Counted from the first letter of the stretch, positions 1 to 9,088 are shown. The stretch: DNA of 64,000 nucleotides from an uncultured Thermoleophilia bacterium (GCA_963829205.1 CAWHHT010000005.1:1032082-1096081), one strand, 5' to 3'. The notes: generated from the sequence alone by a model not told the origin. Program-made: numbers and translations.

Positions 1-1252
1 TGCCTGGACTTTACTGCGGCCGCCGGGCAGTGGCGCCACGAGCAGCGCCCGCGACTGGCGCGAGGCAAAGCGCCTGGTGACCGCAGCCGGCAACGACTCG
101 CTCGCGTACTTCGCGCTGCGTCGCGACAAGCGCTACTTCTTCAATGAGCAACACAGCGCGTTCCTGGCGTATCGCGCCGTGGGCGGCGTGGCCTTGGTCT
201 CCGGCGACCCGGTGGGAGACGCCACGGATCTGCCCGCGCTCCTCCACGACTTCGCCGCCTACTGCCGGGGTCGGGCCTGGCGCATGTCGGCGGTGGGCGT
301 GGGCAAGGAAGCACGCTCCCTGTGGGAAGCCGTCGGCCTCAAGACGATCTATGTCGGTGACGAGGCCATCGCGCACCCCTCGTCCTTCTCTCTGGAGGGG
401 CGCGCGGTGCGCAAGCTGCGCCAGTCGGTGAACCGCCTCGAACGTCTCGGGTATCGCGTCGAGATGCAGCGCGCCCGCGAGCTGGACGGCGCCACGCGAG
501 CTGCCATCGTGGAGGTCTCGGAGATCTGGCGCGGCGGCCAGCCCGAGCGCGGGTTCTCGATGGCGCTCGACGACGTGCGCAGCATCGAGCTGGAGGACAC
601 GTTGTTCGCGCTGGGGCGCGACCCGGACGGGCGTCTCGCCGGCTACTTGCACTTCGTGCCCGTGCCGGCGACCGGCGACCTCTCCCTTTCGGCGATGCGA
701 CGTCTGCCGGACACTCCCAACGGCTTGAATGAGTTCCTGGTGAGCTCCCTGCTGATGTGGGCTCGCGAACGCGGCATCGAGCGCGTCTCGCTCAACTTCT
801 CTGTGTTCGGCAGCCTGCTCCGGGAGGAGACCCCCAGCCCCGCGTCCCGTCTCACGCGCGGGGCACTGCGCTCCGCCGACAGGTACTTCCAGCTGGAGCG
901 TCTGCTCAACTTCAACCGCAAGTTCGACCCCGAGTGGGTGCCGCGCTATCTCGCCGTCGAGAGCCGGGCCGACGTACCGGCCGTCGCGCTCGCGCTCCTG
1001 CGTCTCGAGCGCCTGCTGCCGGGGGGAGGCGTCGCGGATGCGGAGGGATCAGGCGGAGCCGCCGCCGGGAGCCCGGAGGAGCCGAAGGCGGTCGCCGATC
1101 GAGTCCCAGCGCCGGCCAGCGTAGACGATGCCGGCGCTCAGGGCGAACGCGACGACGTGCTCGTAGCGGGCGAGGCCGTCCGAGTACAACGTCACGACGA
1201 TCAGCACGACGGGCGCGCCCACGGCGAGCAGCAGCCAGGTCCTGCGGCGTAG
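1..1252 (+). CDS. Aminoacyl-phosphatidylglycerol synthase C-terminal (DUF2156, MprF/LysX-type) domain protein, 5' end outside window
   Basis: The frame stays open from base 2, so the listed GTG at 77 is probably internal. The translation (DSLAYFALRRDKRYFF, ERGFSMALDD, VSLNFSVFG, FNRKFDPEWVPRYL) matches the lysyl-PG synthase transferase domain. The last ~200 nt look non-protein-like and overlap the convergent gene. Confidence 0.7.
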   Translation, partial: AWTLLRPPGSGATSSARDWREAKRLVTAAGNDSLAYFALRRDKRYFFNEQHSAFLAYRAVGGVALVSGDPVGDATDLPALLHDFAAYCRGRAWRMSAVGVGKEARSLWEAVGLKTIYVGDEAIAHPSSFSLEGRAVRKLRQSVNRLERLGYRVEMQRARELDGATRAAIVEVSEIWRGGQPERGFSMALDDVRSIELEDTLFALGRDPDGRLAGYLHFVPVPATGDLSLSAMRRLPDTPNGLNEFLVSSLLMWARERGIERVSLNFSVFGSLLREETPSPASRLTRGALRSADRYFQLERLLNFNRKFDPEWVPRYLAVESRADVPAVALALLRLERLLPGGGVADAEGSGGAAAGSPEEPKAVADRVPAPASVDDAGAQGERDDVLVAGEAVRVQRHDDQHDGRAHGEQQPGPAA

Positions 1253-1660
1253 CGGCCGCGTCTTCCACCAGGCCACGCCCGCCAGCACGCCCAGCGCGGC
1301 GCACCACACCAGCGACACGCCGAAGTCGGCCTCTCGCGTCAGCACGGCCATCCCTGACGGATCGGCGATGTCGGCGATCCACACGCCGGCGTAGACGAGC
1401 AGCGTGCCGAGGACGTGCGCCAGCACCGCGGCGCTCCAGAACACGCGGCCACCCGCGAGGCGGATGGCCATCACCCCCAGGACGGCTGTCGCCAGCACCT
1501 GAGGGATGAGCGGCCCGTCCGCCAGAAGCCCGCTCGTGCCTAGGTGCCACAGATGCGCGGCCGCCACGTCGTCGGGACTGGACGCCAGCGCGTGCACGAC
1601 AGACTGGCCCATCGCGTGCTGCATGATCGTGACCACCACGACGACCGCGAGGTAGGCCAT
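1049..1660 (-). CDS. Integral membrane protein, function unknown
   Basis: ORF 1049..1837 trimmed to the ATG at 1660 (MAYLAVVVVV...). It has several hydrophobic spans and high GC3. The part upstream of 1660 translates as PERPERPE and coincides with an 18-bp tandem repeat, so I treat it as non-coding. Confidence 0.5.
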   Translation of the reverse strand: MAYLAVVVVVTIMQHAMGQSVVHALASSPDDVAAAHLWHLGTSGLLADGPLIPQVLATAVLGVMAIRLAGGRVFWSAAVLAHVLGTLLVYAGVWIADIADPSGMAVLTREADFGVSLVWCAALGVLAGVAWWKTRPLRRRTWLLLAVGAPVVLIVVTLYSDGLARYEHVVAFALSAGIVYAGRRWDSIGDRLRLLRAPGGGSA

Positions 1661-1719
1661 GAGCACCCACTCTCCCGGCGACGGGCCGACATGCCGGCGT
1701 CTCGAGGCGCCCGCCTGAC

Positions 1720-1755
1720 GCTCAGGCCGCTCCGGGCGCTCAGGCCACTCCGGGC
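1720..1755. repeat. 18-bp tandem direct repeat x2 (GCTCAGGCCRCTCCGGGC) with a degenerate third copy; a 14-bp palindrome CTCCGGCGCCGGAG follows at 1774-1787
   Basis: Read directly: 1720-1737 and 1738-1755 differ at one base. The palindrome is perfect. Both lie upstream of the membrane-protein start. Confidence 0.6.
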
Positions 1756-1932
1756 GTTCAAGCCACGCGCCGTCTCCGGCGCCGGAGCTCGCGGCGGCTG
1801 GTGCGGAGGATCGTGGGCTGGCGTCGGCACCCTGCATACCGTGTCATGTTCCCATGGGCCGCGTGGCGTAGGCCAGCGACCGGTGGGAGCATCGCCCCCT
1901 GCACGCGCGCTGGGGCGCAGGGGTCTGGAGAT

Positions 1933-2808
1933 TCAGACCGGGCGGGTGCCGGCGACGCGGTCGGCGAGGGCCGCGTCGCCCAGCTCGCGGCAGACGCGGC
2001 GAAAGTCATCTGTCGGGCCGCGCCACTCGAGGTCGGCGAGCGTCTCCTCGAGTGGCACGTCCACGCGCAAGCGCGCCAGGCGCCTGTACAGCAGCGCCTC
2101 ATCGCGGTGCGCCGCGAGGCTCTCCGCCAGGCGCGCGGCGCGCCCGGCCGGCAGGCCCAGGGCGCCCGGGTCCTCGGGGATGGCCTCGAGATGCGCGAAG
2201 CGCGCCAGCACGGCGGCCGCGGACTTGGCGCCCCAGCCGGGGATCCCCGGGAAGCCGTCGGCCGCGTCCCCGACCAGCGCCAGCCAGTCGGGGATCGACG
2301 CCGGCGGTACGCCGAACTTCGCGACGACGCCGGCCTCGTCGAGGACGATGCCGCGGCGGCGGTCCCAGCTCACGACGCGCGTGCCGGAGACCGCCTGCGC
2401 CAGGTCTTTGTCGGGCGAGCAGATCACGACCTGCTCGACGCCCGGCTCGTCCTTGAAGCGCGCCGCCGCGGTCGCCAGGGCGTCGTCGGCCTCGAACTCC
2501 ACCATGGGCCACACCACCACACCCATCGCGGCGACCGCCGTCTCCGCCAGCTGGAACTGATCGAGCAAGCCGCGCTCGACCCCCTCGCCGGTCTTGTAGC
2601 CCGGGTAGAGGTCGTTGCGGAACGATTCGATGACATGGTCGAAGGCGCAGGCGACGTGCGTGACGCCGGGCTCCGACAGCAGCATCGCCAGGCTCCGGAG
2701 CAGGCCCACCGTCGCGCCCACTTCGCCGCCGTCAGGGCCCTTGCGGGGCGGCGCCCCGAAGTAGTTGCGAAAGAGCTCGTAGGTGCCGTCGATCAGGTGG
2801 AGCTTCAT
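1933..2808 (-). CDS. 5'-3' exonuclease (FEN / Pol I 5'-nuclease family)
   Basis: This is the C-terminal 291 aa of the 804-aa listed ORF, starting MKLHLIDGTYELFRNYF. It carries typical motifs (FDHVIESFRNDLYPGYK, EADDALAT, GFPGIPGWGAKSAA). Its ATG at 2808 overlaps the upstream stop as ATGA. Confidence 0.9.
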   Translation of the reverse strand: MKLHLIDGTYELFRNYFGAPPRKGPDGGEVGATVGLLRSLAMLLSEPGVTHVACAFDHVIESFRNDLYPGYKTGEGVERGLLDQFQLAETAVAAMGVVVWPMVEFEADDALATAAARFKDEPGVEQVVICSPDKDLAQAVSGTRVVSWDRRRGIVLDEAGVVAKFGVPPASIPDWLALVGDAADGFPGIPGWGAKSAAAVLARFAHLEAIPEDPGALGLPAGRAARLAESLAAHRDEALLYRRLARLRVDVPLEETLADLEWRGPTDDFRRVCRELGDAALADRVAGTRPV

Positions 2809-3747
2809 GCCACGAGGACGACCTTGCCGAGCTTCCCGCCGGCGGCGAAGCAGTCGTAGGCCGCCGCCGCGTCGCTCAGTGCGAAGGTCTCGCTCACGGG
2901 CACGCGCAGGCGCCCGCCGGCAAGCAGCGGCAGTGCCCGCGCGCCGAGTGCGGCGATCACCTGCGCCTTCTGCTCCCGGCTGCGGGAGCGCAGGTTCGAG
3001 GCGAAGAGCCGCCCGCGGCGGCCCATCAGCAGCCGCAGGTCGAGCTCGAGAGCAGCGCCGCCGCCGACCCCGATCACGACCGCCCGGCCCTGCGATGCCA
3101 GGTGCTGCAAGCGCGACCTGCAGGCTGGAGGCGCCGACCAGCTCGAGCACGACGTCGTAGGGGCCGTGCGCGGAGACGTCGCCTGGCGCTATCACTGCGG
3201 CGGCGCCGAACGCGGCAAGAGCCTCACCGTGCGCGGCGTGACGGGTCGAGGCCACCACGTGGGCGCCGGCGATGGCTGCCAGCTGCACGCCGGCGCAGCC
3301 GACGCCGCCAGACGCGCCCGTGACGAGGATCCGCTCACCGAGGGCGAGACCGGCCTGAGCGAACAGCGCGTCGAATGCGGTCGCGTACACCTCCATGAAC
3401 CCACCTGCCTCCGGCCACGCAGCGCCGACCGGCACGGCCAGCGCGTGTTCCTCATCGACCGTGGCCAGCGTCGCCTGGGCGCCGCCGCCGACCAGCGCCA
3501 TCACGCGGTCGCCCGGCGCGAAGCGCGTGACGCGAGCGCCGGCCGCCACCACCTCCCCCGCCATCTCGAGACCCGGGACGTCGGGCGGCCAGCCCGGCGG
3601 CGCCGGGTAGGCGCCCCGGCGCTGCGCAAGGTCGGCGCCGTTGACGCCGGCGGCCCGCACGGCCACAAGGAGCTCGTGGTCGCCCGGCGCAGGATCGGGC
3701 CGCTCCCGCCAGGCCAGTCGGCCATCTTCGATGACTATCGCCTGCAT
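2805..3747 (-). pseudogene. NADPH:quinone oxidoreductase / zinc-type alcohol dehydrogenase family, apparent 1-nt frameshift
   Basis: The N-terminal 213 aa (MQAIVIEDG...VVLELVGASSLQVAL) are in the frame of ORF 1933..4347. The C-terminal 101 aa (QHLASQGRAVVIGVGGG...GKLGKVVLVA) are in the frame of ORF 2805..3110. The junction is at TT 3109-3110, and the length of 943 nt equals 3n+1. GGAGG lies 7 nt before the ATG at 3747. Confidence 0.85.
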
Positions 3748-3787
3748 CGCCGGCCTCCGCGTGTGCTCATCCGCGCCCAGTGAGCTC

Positions 3788-4628
3788 TCATACCCCGGAC
3801 GGGCTGCGATGCACGCGCCAGCCCTGCCCGTCCGCGATCTCGAGCGAGGCCGCACCCGCGCTCGCCTCGATGGTGAAGAAGTCGCGCTCGGGCCGGCCGG
3901 GCACGTAGTCGAGCACGCGATGGATCGACAGCCGTCACGTCGGGATTGAGGACGCAGATGTGGACGCTGATGGTCTTCGCCCGCGGCTCCACCGTCTTGC
4001 CCGGCGCCAGGTAGTCCCGCAGCTTGAACGGGTTGCTGAGCCGCGAGATCGCCGCGTCCAGCGTGCGCAGAAGCCCCTGCAGTGTCGCCTCGTTGAGGTC
4101 GCGTGCTACCTGGAACCAGAGCGCGTCCGGCCGCTCGGCGAGGACCTTGGCGACGTCCTTCCTTATGCTCTCGTCGATCTCGGACCGGCCCGAGCGCCCG
4201 CCCGACTTGAAGTCGACCACCAGGGCGGGCTCGTCGTGCGGCCGCCGGTAGAGGGCAAGGTCCGTCAGCCCGCGCTGCGCCTTGCCCTCGCCGCGCAGCG
4301 CGAACCGGTAGGACAACCGCGTCGGCACCTCGGCGGCGAAGGCCCACTGGTCCGCGTCCGGATCGGCGAGGAGCGCGGCGACGAAGGCGGCGCGCGCTTC
4401 CTGCTCACCGGCGCGGCGCTCGCGGCCTTTGAGCGGCAGCATGACGCGCGGCCACGCCGCGCCGGGTCCGCCCAGAGCGAAGCGGTAGCCGTCCCAAAGG
4501 ATCTGGTCCGCGCGCCGGCAGACGTCTTCCAGCCAGGTCTCCTCCACCCCGCCCCCTTGCGGCCGCGACCTTCTCAGGCGCACTTCACGGCTGCGGGCCG
4601 CACGAATGCGGCCCACAGCCCGGATCAT
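3788..4628 (-). pseudogene. Hypothetical protein with PD-(D/E)xK-like motif; apparent frameshift near 3925-3940
   Basis: ORF 3735..4628 reads protein-like up to VHICVLNPDV. High GC3 then moves to another frame (SIHRVLDYVPGRPERDFFTIEASAGAASLEIADGQGWRVHRSPSGV, stop 3790-3788). The GLTDLALY...ALVVDFKSG...ESIRKD pattern resembles D...(D/E)xK nuclease motifs, which is an inference. An alternative GTG start is at 4547. Confidence 0.4.
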
Positions 4629-4649
4629 TTGGTGAGTACGGTGCCGCCG

Positions 4650-4856
4650 TCAGTGTACGGCGCCGCAGTAGGAGGCGTCGCCGAGCCGGCAGAGGAGCTC
4701 CTCCTCGGAGCCGTAGGTCCGGGACGGCATCGACTGTACCTGCGATATGACGTCGAGCGGGCAGCTGTTGCCCGAGGCGCAGTCGACGATCTTGTGGCCA
4801 TCGGCCGGGAAGCTGATGCCGCTCAGGCAGCGGTCCAGCGTGCTCTTGTCGATCAT
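4650..4856 (-). CDS. DUF2795-like small protein
   Basis: 68 aa with very high GC3 and a GAGAGG Shine-Dalgarno before the ATG. The pattern L.GISFPA.GHKIVDCA...G....V...VQSMP.R.Y.S..E resembles the DUF2795 family. Confidence 0.65.
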   Translation of the reverse strand: MIDKSTLDRCLSGISFPADGHKIVDCASGNSCPLDVISQVQSMPSRTYGSEEELLCRLGDASYCGAVH

Positions 4857-5021
4857 CTCGACCTCTCTTGGACTGGGCCCTGCGCGCCCTCGCTCGGTGC
4901 ACGCCCGGGTCGCGGGAGTGGGTCTGCGACCCGCCGCCGCCCTCTGTCTGTTCCCGAGGCGGCGGATGCGAGACCGTTGGCCTTCGCCTGCCGGACCGCC
5001 GCAGAGCGCCGCGCTCCGGCC

Positions 5022-5318
5022 TCAGCCGCTGCGGGTCCGCTGGCGGCCGCGATTGCGCTGCGCTGCCGCCGGTCGCGCCTTGCCCCACTCGGAGGGGCGG
5101 CCGTGGCCGCGCTCGGTCTGGTGGGCGAACAAGTCGCCGCGCCGGGCGAAGGATTCGCCGCAGGTGGCGCAGCGGAACGTGATGGGAGTGCCCAGCCGCG
5201 CCTCGCTGCACTGGTCGTGCTGCAGGCACATGTGATTATCCAAGTCGCGCTGCGACCTGAGCTCCGCGTGACAGATCTCACAGTCGTAGGTCTTTCTTGG
5301 GGTAGTGAGTGCGGGCAT
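5022..5318 (-). CDS. Small basic protein with two classical C2H2 zinc fingers
   Basis: 98 aa with good GC3. The fingers are YDCEICHAELRSQRDLDNHMCLQH (C-x2-C-x12-H-x4-H) and FRCATCGESFARRGDLFAHQTERGH (C-x2-C-x12-H-x5-H). Both keep the hydrophobic x3-(F/L)-x5-L spacing. The tail is Arg-rich. Confidence 0.7.
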   Translation of the reverse strand: MPALTTPRKTYDCEICHAELRSQRDLDNHMCLQHDQCSEARLGTPITFRCATCGESFARRGDLFAHQTERGHGRPSEWGKARPAAAQRNRGRQRTRSG

Positions 5319-5492
5319 ATGCTTCGTCCTCTCGACGACTGGCCGCGTCCGGTGGGCTCGACTGACCGGCCACGAACGTCACGGCCGTTTGAGCCAGCAA
5401 CAAAGTATTCCCGCGCCTACACATCGAGACGCACTCCGCCCGCCGCAGCGGCCTCGCGAGAGGACGCCCGTCGCTGAAGTGCCCGGCCGAGG

Positions 5493-6947
5493 CTAGCGGC
5501 CGCCCGCAGTCGCCGCCCCGACGCTGACGGGCTCCGGCGCGGCCTCGTCGGCCGCGGGTGAGTGTGCTGGCCGCCCGACGAGCGCCCGCAGGTAGGCGCG
5601 GTTGGCCGGCTCCCTCCGCCACCGGTGGATGTACAACCAGCCCCAGAGGTGCTCGAGCAGACGGCCAAAGCGCAGGCGCGCGAGGTACTTGAGACTCCGC
5701 CTCAGCGAGTAGAAGTGCAGGTAGCCCTTGACGACCTCGGTCTGCAGCTCGAGCGGCGTCATGTGCCGCGGCTCATAGATCACGTGCTGGCCGTCGTAGA
5801 ACTGCCAGCGCTCCTCGAAGACGCGAGCGCCGGCGTTCATGGTCTCGTACTGCTTGGTGCCAAGCCCGGGCGTGAGCACGTTGAGCATCAGGCTGTCGAT
5901 GCCGTGCTCCTCGGCGAACGCCACCGTGTCGCGCGCCGTCCTGGCGGTGTCGTTGTCGGCTCCGATGACGAACATCCCGTGGCACTTGATCCCGTGCCGG
6001 TGCAGGGCGGCGATGCAGTCCGTTATGTCCTCGACCGTCTGCGACTTGGCGTAGCTGTCCAGCGTGGCCTGGTCGACCGACTCGAAGCCGAGCGCAAGAC
6101 GGTTGCAGCCGGAGCGCTTCATGAGCTCCAGCAGCTCGTCGTCGCGGGCCACGTCGCTGCGGACCTGGGCCATCCACCTCGGGGTGATCCCGCGGTCGAT
6201 CATCATGCGGAGGAGCTCCTTCAGGCGCCGCTTGTTGGCGGCGAAGTTGTCGTCGTAGAAGAAGACCCGTTTCGGCCGCCTGGCCTCGAGCTCTGCGATC
6301 ACGTTCTCGTTGCTGCGGAAGCGGTAGGTGCGTCCGAACATCATGGTCACGGTGCAGAAGGTGCAGTCGAACGGGCAGCCCAGGCTCGTCATGATGGGCG
6401 TCTCGTAGATGCGCTCCGAGCCTACGATCAGCGAGAGGTCCGGGACCTGGAGGGCGTCGAGATCGGCGGGGCGCTCGCGCAGCTCGTTGTGCACCGCCTG
6501 CTCGCCGCGCCAGAACGTCAGCCCGCGGATGCTGTCGAGCTCGCGCTCGCCGCGCAGAGCCTCGATGAGCTCCAGCATGAGGCCGTCGCCGCCCTCGCCA
6601 CGAGCCACGAAATCGGCGTGTGGCAGGGCATCGTCGGGCACGAACGTGGGATGCGGGCCGCCGATGATCACGCGCAGACCGGAGGCGCGCAGCTCATCGG
6701 CCAGGGCGTAGGCGGCTGGAGCCGTCGATGTCGTCGTCGAGATGCCGACGAGATCGGCGGAAGCGACGTCGTCGCGGTCGATGGGCGCCGCCTGGGGACA
6801 GTAGATGAGCACGTCGTGGCCGGCGGCCTTGAGGGCCGCGCCGATGAGCGGCAAGCCGAGGCGCGGATAGAAGCCGTAGGAGAGGATGTTGACGCTGGGC
6901 GGAGCGGGCTCGATGAGCCGGATCTTGAGGCTCTCTGACGTGACCAT
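5493..6947 (-). CDS. B12-binding domain-containing radical SAM protein (class B)
   Basis: ORF 5493..7013 trimmed to the ATG at 6947 (MVTSESLKIRLIEP). It has an N-terminal B12-binding-like Rossmann segment and a CPFDCTFC (CxxxCxxC) cluster motif, with an rSAM core after that. Confidence 0.9.
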   Translation of the reverse strand: MVTSESLKIRLIEPAPPSVNILSYGFYPRLGLPLIGAALKAAGHDVLIYCPQAAPIDRDDVASADLVGISTTTSTAPAAYALADELRASGLRVIIGGPHPTFVPDDALPHADFVARGEGGDGLMLELIEALRGERELDSIRGLTFWRGEQAVHNELRERPADLDALQVPDLSLIVGSERIYETPIMTSLGCPFDCTFCTVTMMFGRTYRFRSNENVIAELEARRPKRVFFYDDNFAANKRRLKELLRMMIDRGITPRWMAQVRSDVARDDELLELMKRSGCNRLALGFESVDQATLDSYAKSQTVEDITDCIAALHRHGIKCHGMFVIGADNDTARTARDTVAFAEEHGIDSLMLNVLTPGLGTKQYETMNAGARVFEERWQFYDGQHVIYEPRHMTPLELQTEVVKGYLHFYSLRRSLKYLARLRFGRLLEHLWGWLYIHRWRREPANRAYLRALVGRPAHSPAADEAAPEPVSVGAATAGGR

Positions 6948-7073
6948 GCTCCCTACTTCCCAGGCCGGAGGTGACAAGAACATCCGGGCCGATGCTACAC
7001 CTGCGGCGCCCACACCGGCCCCGTTCCGAGGGCACCCGCGCCCTGCGAAACGCCGGCACAGTATACGCGCAGC

Positions 7074-7643
7074 CTACGTCATGGCGTCGTGCGCGGTGAT
7101 GATCGCCTCGGCCACTTCGCGCAGCGACTTGCGCTTGTCCATCGCCAGCTTCTGCAGCCGCTGGTAGGCCTCCGGCTCCGTGAGGCCGGTGGACATGAGC
7201 AGCCCCTTGGCTCGATCGAGCATCTTGCGGGTCTCGAGGCGTTCCTCCAGGTCGCCGACCTGGCGTGCGAGCACGGCCGCTTCGGCGAAACGGCTCACCG
7301 CGACCTGCATGGCCGGGATGATGTCGTGGCTCGAGAAGGGCTTGACGACGTAGCCCATGGCCCCGGCGCGCGCGGCCTCGTCGACCAGGCTTGCCTGCGA
7401 GAACGCCGTGACCATGACGACCGGCGCGATCGACTCGGCGCCGATCGATGCGGCGGCCTGGATGCCGTCGACGTTCGGCATGTTGACGTCCATGAACACG
7501 ACGTCCGGCCTCAGGCTGCGGGCAAGCGCGAGCGCCTCGGCGCCGTCTCGCGCCTCGCCGACCACCTCGTGCCCCTCTTCCTCAAGCATCTCGCGCAGAT
7601 CCATGCGGATGAGCGCTTCGTCCTCGGCGATCAGTACGCGCAT
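7074..7643 (-). CDS. pdtaR: ANTAR-domain response regulator (PdtaR type)
   Basis: MRVLIAEDEALIRMDL...DVNMP receiver domain plus a C-terminal ANTAR helix bundle (ETRKMLDRAKGLLM...EAYQRLQKLAMDKRKSLREVAEAI). The ATG at 7643 lies inside listed ORF 7074..7841. Confidence 0.9.
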   Translation of the reverse strand: MRVLIAEDEALIRMDLREMLEEEGHEVVGEARDGAEALALARSLRPDVVFMDVNMPNVDGIQAAASIGAESIAPVVMVTAFSQASLVDEAARAGAMGYVVKPFSSHDIIPAMQVAVSRFAEAAVLARQVGDLEERLETRKMLDRAKGLLMSTGLTEPEAYQRLQKLAMDKRKSLREVAEAIITAHDAMT

Positions 7644-7671
7644 GGGCGGCCTTCTGCCGGCGTTGAAGGGG

Positions 7672-9084
7672 TCATGCGGCGGCGTCCGGCAGCGGCACGC
7701 GTATCGTGACCTCCGAGCCGTGCTCGCTGCGCACCGCGAGCGAGCCGCGGAGGTCCTCCTCGACGAGCGTGCGGACGATGGAGAAGCCGAGGCTCCCCGA
7801 CGCGAGCAGATCGGCTCCGTCCGGCATGCCGCGACCGTCATCGCGCACGCTCAGCACGAGCTCGCTCGCGGTCCTCCCCAGCTGCACCTCCACGGCCCCG
7901 GCCGCGCCGGGCTCGAACGCGTGCAGCAGAGCGTTGTGCACGAGTTCCGTGAGCGCCAGGGCGAGGGACGTGGCCACGGCCGCGTCGATCTGGCCCAGGG
8001 AGCCGGAGACGCTCACCGCGATGCGGCCCTCGTCGCCGATGAGGCTGTCGCGCACGAGGGCGACCACCCTGCCCGCGACCTCCGAGAAATCGACGCACTC
8101 GTTGGTGGAATGTGCCAGCAGATCGTGCACCGTGGCCATCGAGGCCGCGCGTTCGGTCGCCTCGGTGAGGGCGCGGCGCACCTCGGCGCTGTCGCTCCGC
8201 CGCGCCTGCATGCGCAGCAGGGAGGCGATGGTCTGGAGGTTGTTCTTGACGCGATGGTGGACCTCGCGGATGGTCGCCTCTTTGACGTCGAGCTCGCGCT
8301 CGCGCCGGCGCTCTTCCGTGAGGTCTTCGACGAGCACGAGCACGCTCGAGCTCAGGGAGAGGGCGCGGTAGCCGAGGATGCGCCCCGCCACCTCGATCTC
8401 CGTCGCCACGGCGCCGGTGGCGCCCACGACGGGCGATATGCCGGCTCCGCCCCCGGGCAGCTCCGAGGCGCGCATGCTGGTCACGCGGCCCTCGACGCCG
8501 GCGATGCGCATGATGCTCACCGCGTTCGGCGACGCATAGCTGATGGAGCCGCGCGCGCCCACGCGCAGGAGCCCATCCCCGGGACTGCGGCTCGTCGAGA
8601 ACGGCTCACCGCTGCGCGCGTCCAGTATCGGTCCCGTACGCAGCGTCTCGAGAAGATCGCGGGAGCAGCCGATGAAGGCGTTCTCCATCCGGCTTGAAGT
8701 CGCGTCCAGCTGCTCGCCGTAGGTGCGCAACACGACGGCGTACGGCCGGGGCGCGCCGATCGGGAAGGCGTCGCAGCTGCGCGTCACGCCGCCCGTGGCG
8801 CAGCGCTTGGACCCTTCGACCGCATGGCGGCGCTCGACGGCGGCGTAGGCCTCCGGCTCCTCCTCGCGAGAGAGCACCTGGCCGACGCGGGAGGCTGGAA
8901 TGGGATCGGCGGCCGTGCTCGGGCGCGCGTCCGCGAGCACGCTGAGCAGGCCGCGCGCGTCCACGATCGCGAGCGCGGCGTCCCCGTACCCGAGATCCGC
9001 GACCAGCTGCAGATTATCGGCGACATTGGCAAGATGCTCGCGCACGTGCTGCGGGACGCGCGATGTCGGCGTAGTGCGAAGCAC
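7672..9084 (-). CDS. pdtaS: Sensor histidine kinase, PdtaS type (GAF/PAS + HisKA_2 + HATPase)
   Basis: H-box EVHHRVKNNLQTIASLLRMQ with ATPase motifs ELVHNALLHAF and DDGRGMP. A GTG at 9084 lies 4 nt after the upstream gene's stop. The exact start is uncertain. Confidence 0.85.
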   Translation of the reverse strand: MLRTTPTSRVPQHVREHLANVADNLQLVADLGYGDAALAIVDARGLLSVLADARPSTAADPIPASRVGQVLSREEEPEAYAAVERRHAVEGSKRCATGGVTRSCDAFPIGAPRPYAVVLRTYGEQLDATSSRMENAFIGCSRDLLETLRTGPILDARSGEPFSTSRSPGDGLLRVGARGSISYASPNAVSIMRIAGVEGRVTSMRASELPGGGAGISPVVGATGAVATEIEVAGRILGYRALSLSSSVLVLVEDLTEERRRERELDVKEATIREVHHRVKNNLQTIASLLRMQARRSDSAEVRRALTEATERAASMATVHDLLAHSTNECVDFSEVAGRVVALVRDSLIGDEGRIAVSVSGSLGQIDAAVATSLALALTELVHNALLHAFEPGAAGAVEVQLGRTASELVLSVRDDGRGMPDGADLLASGSLGFSIVRTLVEEDLRGSLAVRSEHGSEVTIRVPLPDAAA

Positions 9085-9088
9085 AGGC

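Noticed and set aside
1049-1252. 200-nt convergent overlap of the MprF-type gene and the membrane gene as a functional antisense arrangement
   Set aside because: The MprF-type domain ends around 1020. The extension to the first stop at 1252 is low-complexity and most likely just reflects the lack of stop codons opposite a GC3-rich gene.
1933-4347. The listed 804-aa ORF as one large protein
   Set aside because: It is a stop-free read-through joining three things. These are the 5'-3' exonuclease (true ATG at 2808), the N-terminal two thirds of the quinone oxidoreductase (ATG at 3747), and out-of-frame sequence of the next gene. The internal start codons have Shine-Dalgarno sites, and the domain boundaries make the fusion artefactual.
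4650-5318. DUF2795 and C2H2 ORFs as RiPP precursor peptides for the adjacent B12-radical SAM enzyme
   Set aside because: Both look like folded small domains (conserved DUF2795 pattern, complete zinc-finger motifs) rather than leader-core peptides. No protease, transporter or RiPP recognition element is nearby. The idea cannot be supported from the sequence.
3960-5477. Long antisense or alternative-frame ORFs. Examples: 3960-5477+, 5562-6938+, 22112-23446-, 32187-33959-, 43633-45693+, 48950-50677+, 51517-52515+, 20985-21869-
   Set aside because: They are shadow ORFs typical of stop-poor GC-rich DNA. Their composition is Arg/Gly/Ala/Pro-rich with no recognisable motifs. They have lower GC3 than the overlapping frame, and each fully overlaps a gene with clear family signatures.
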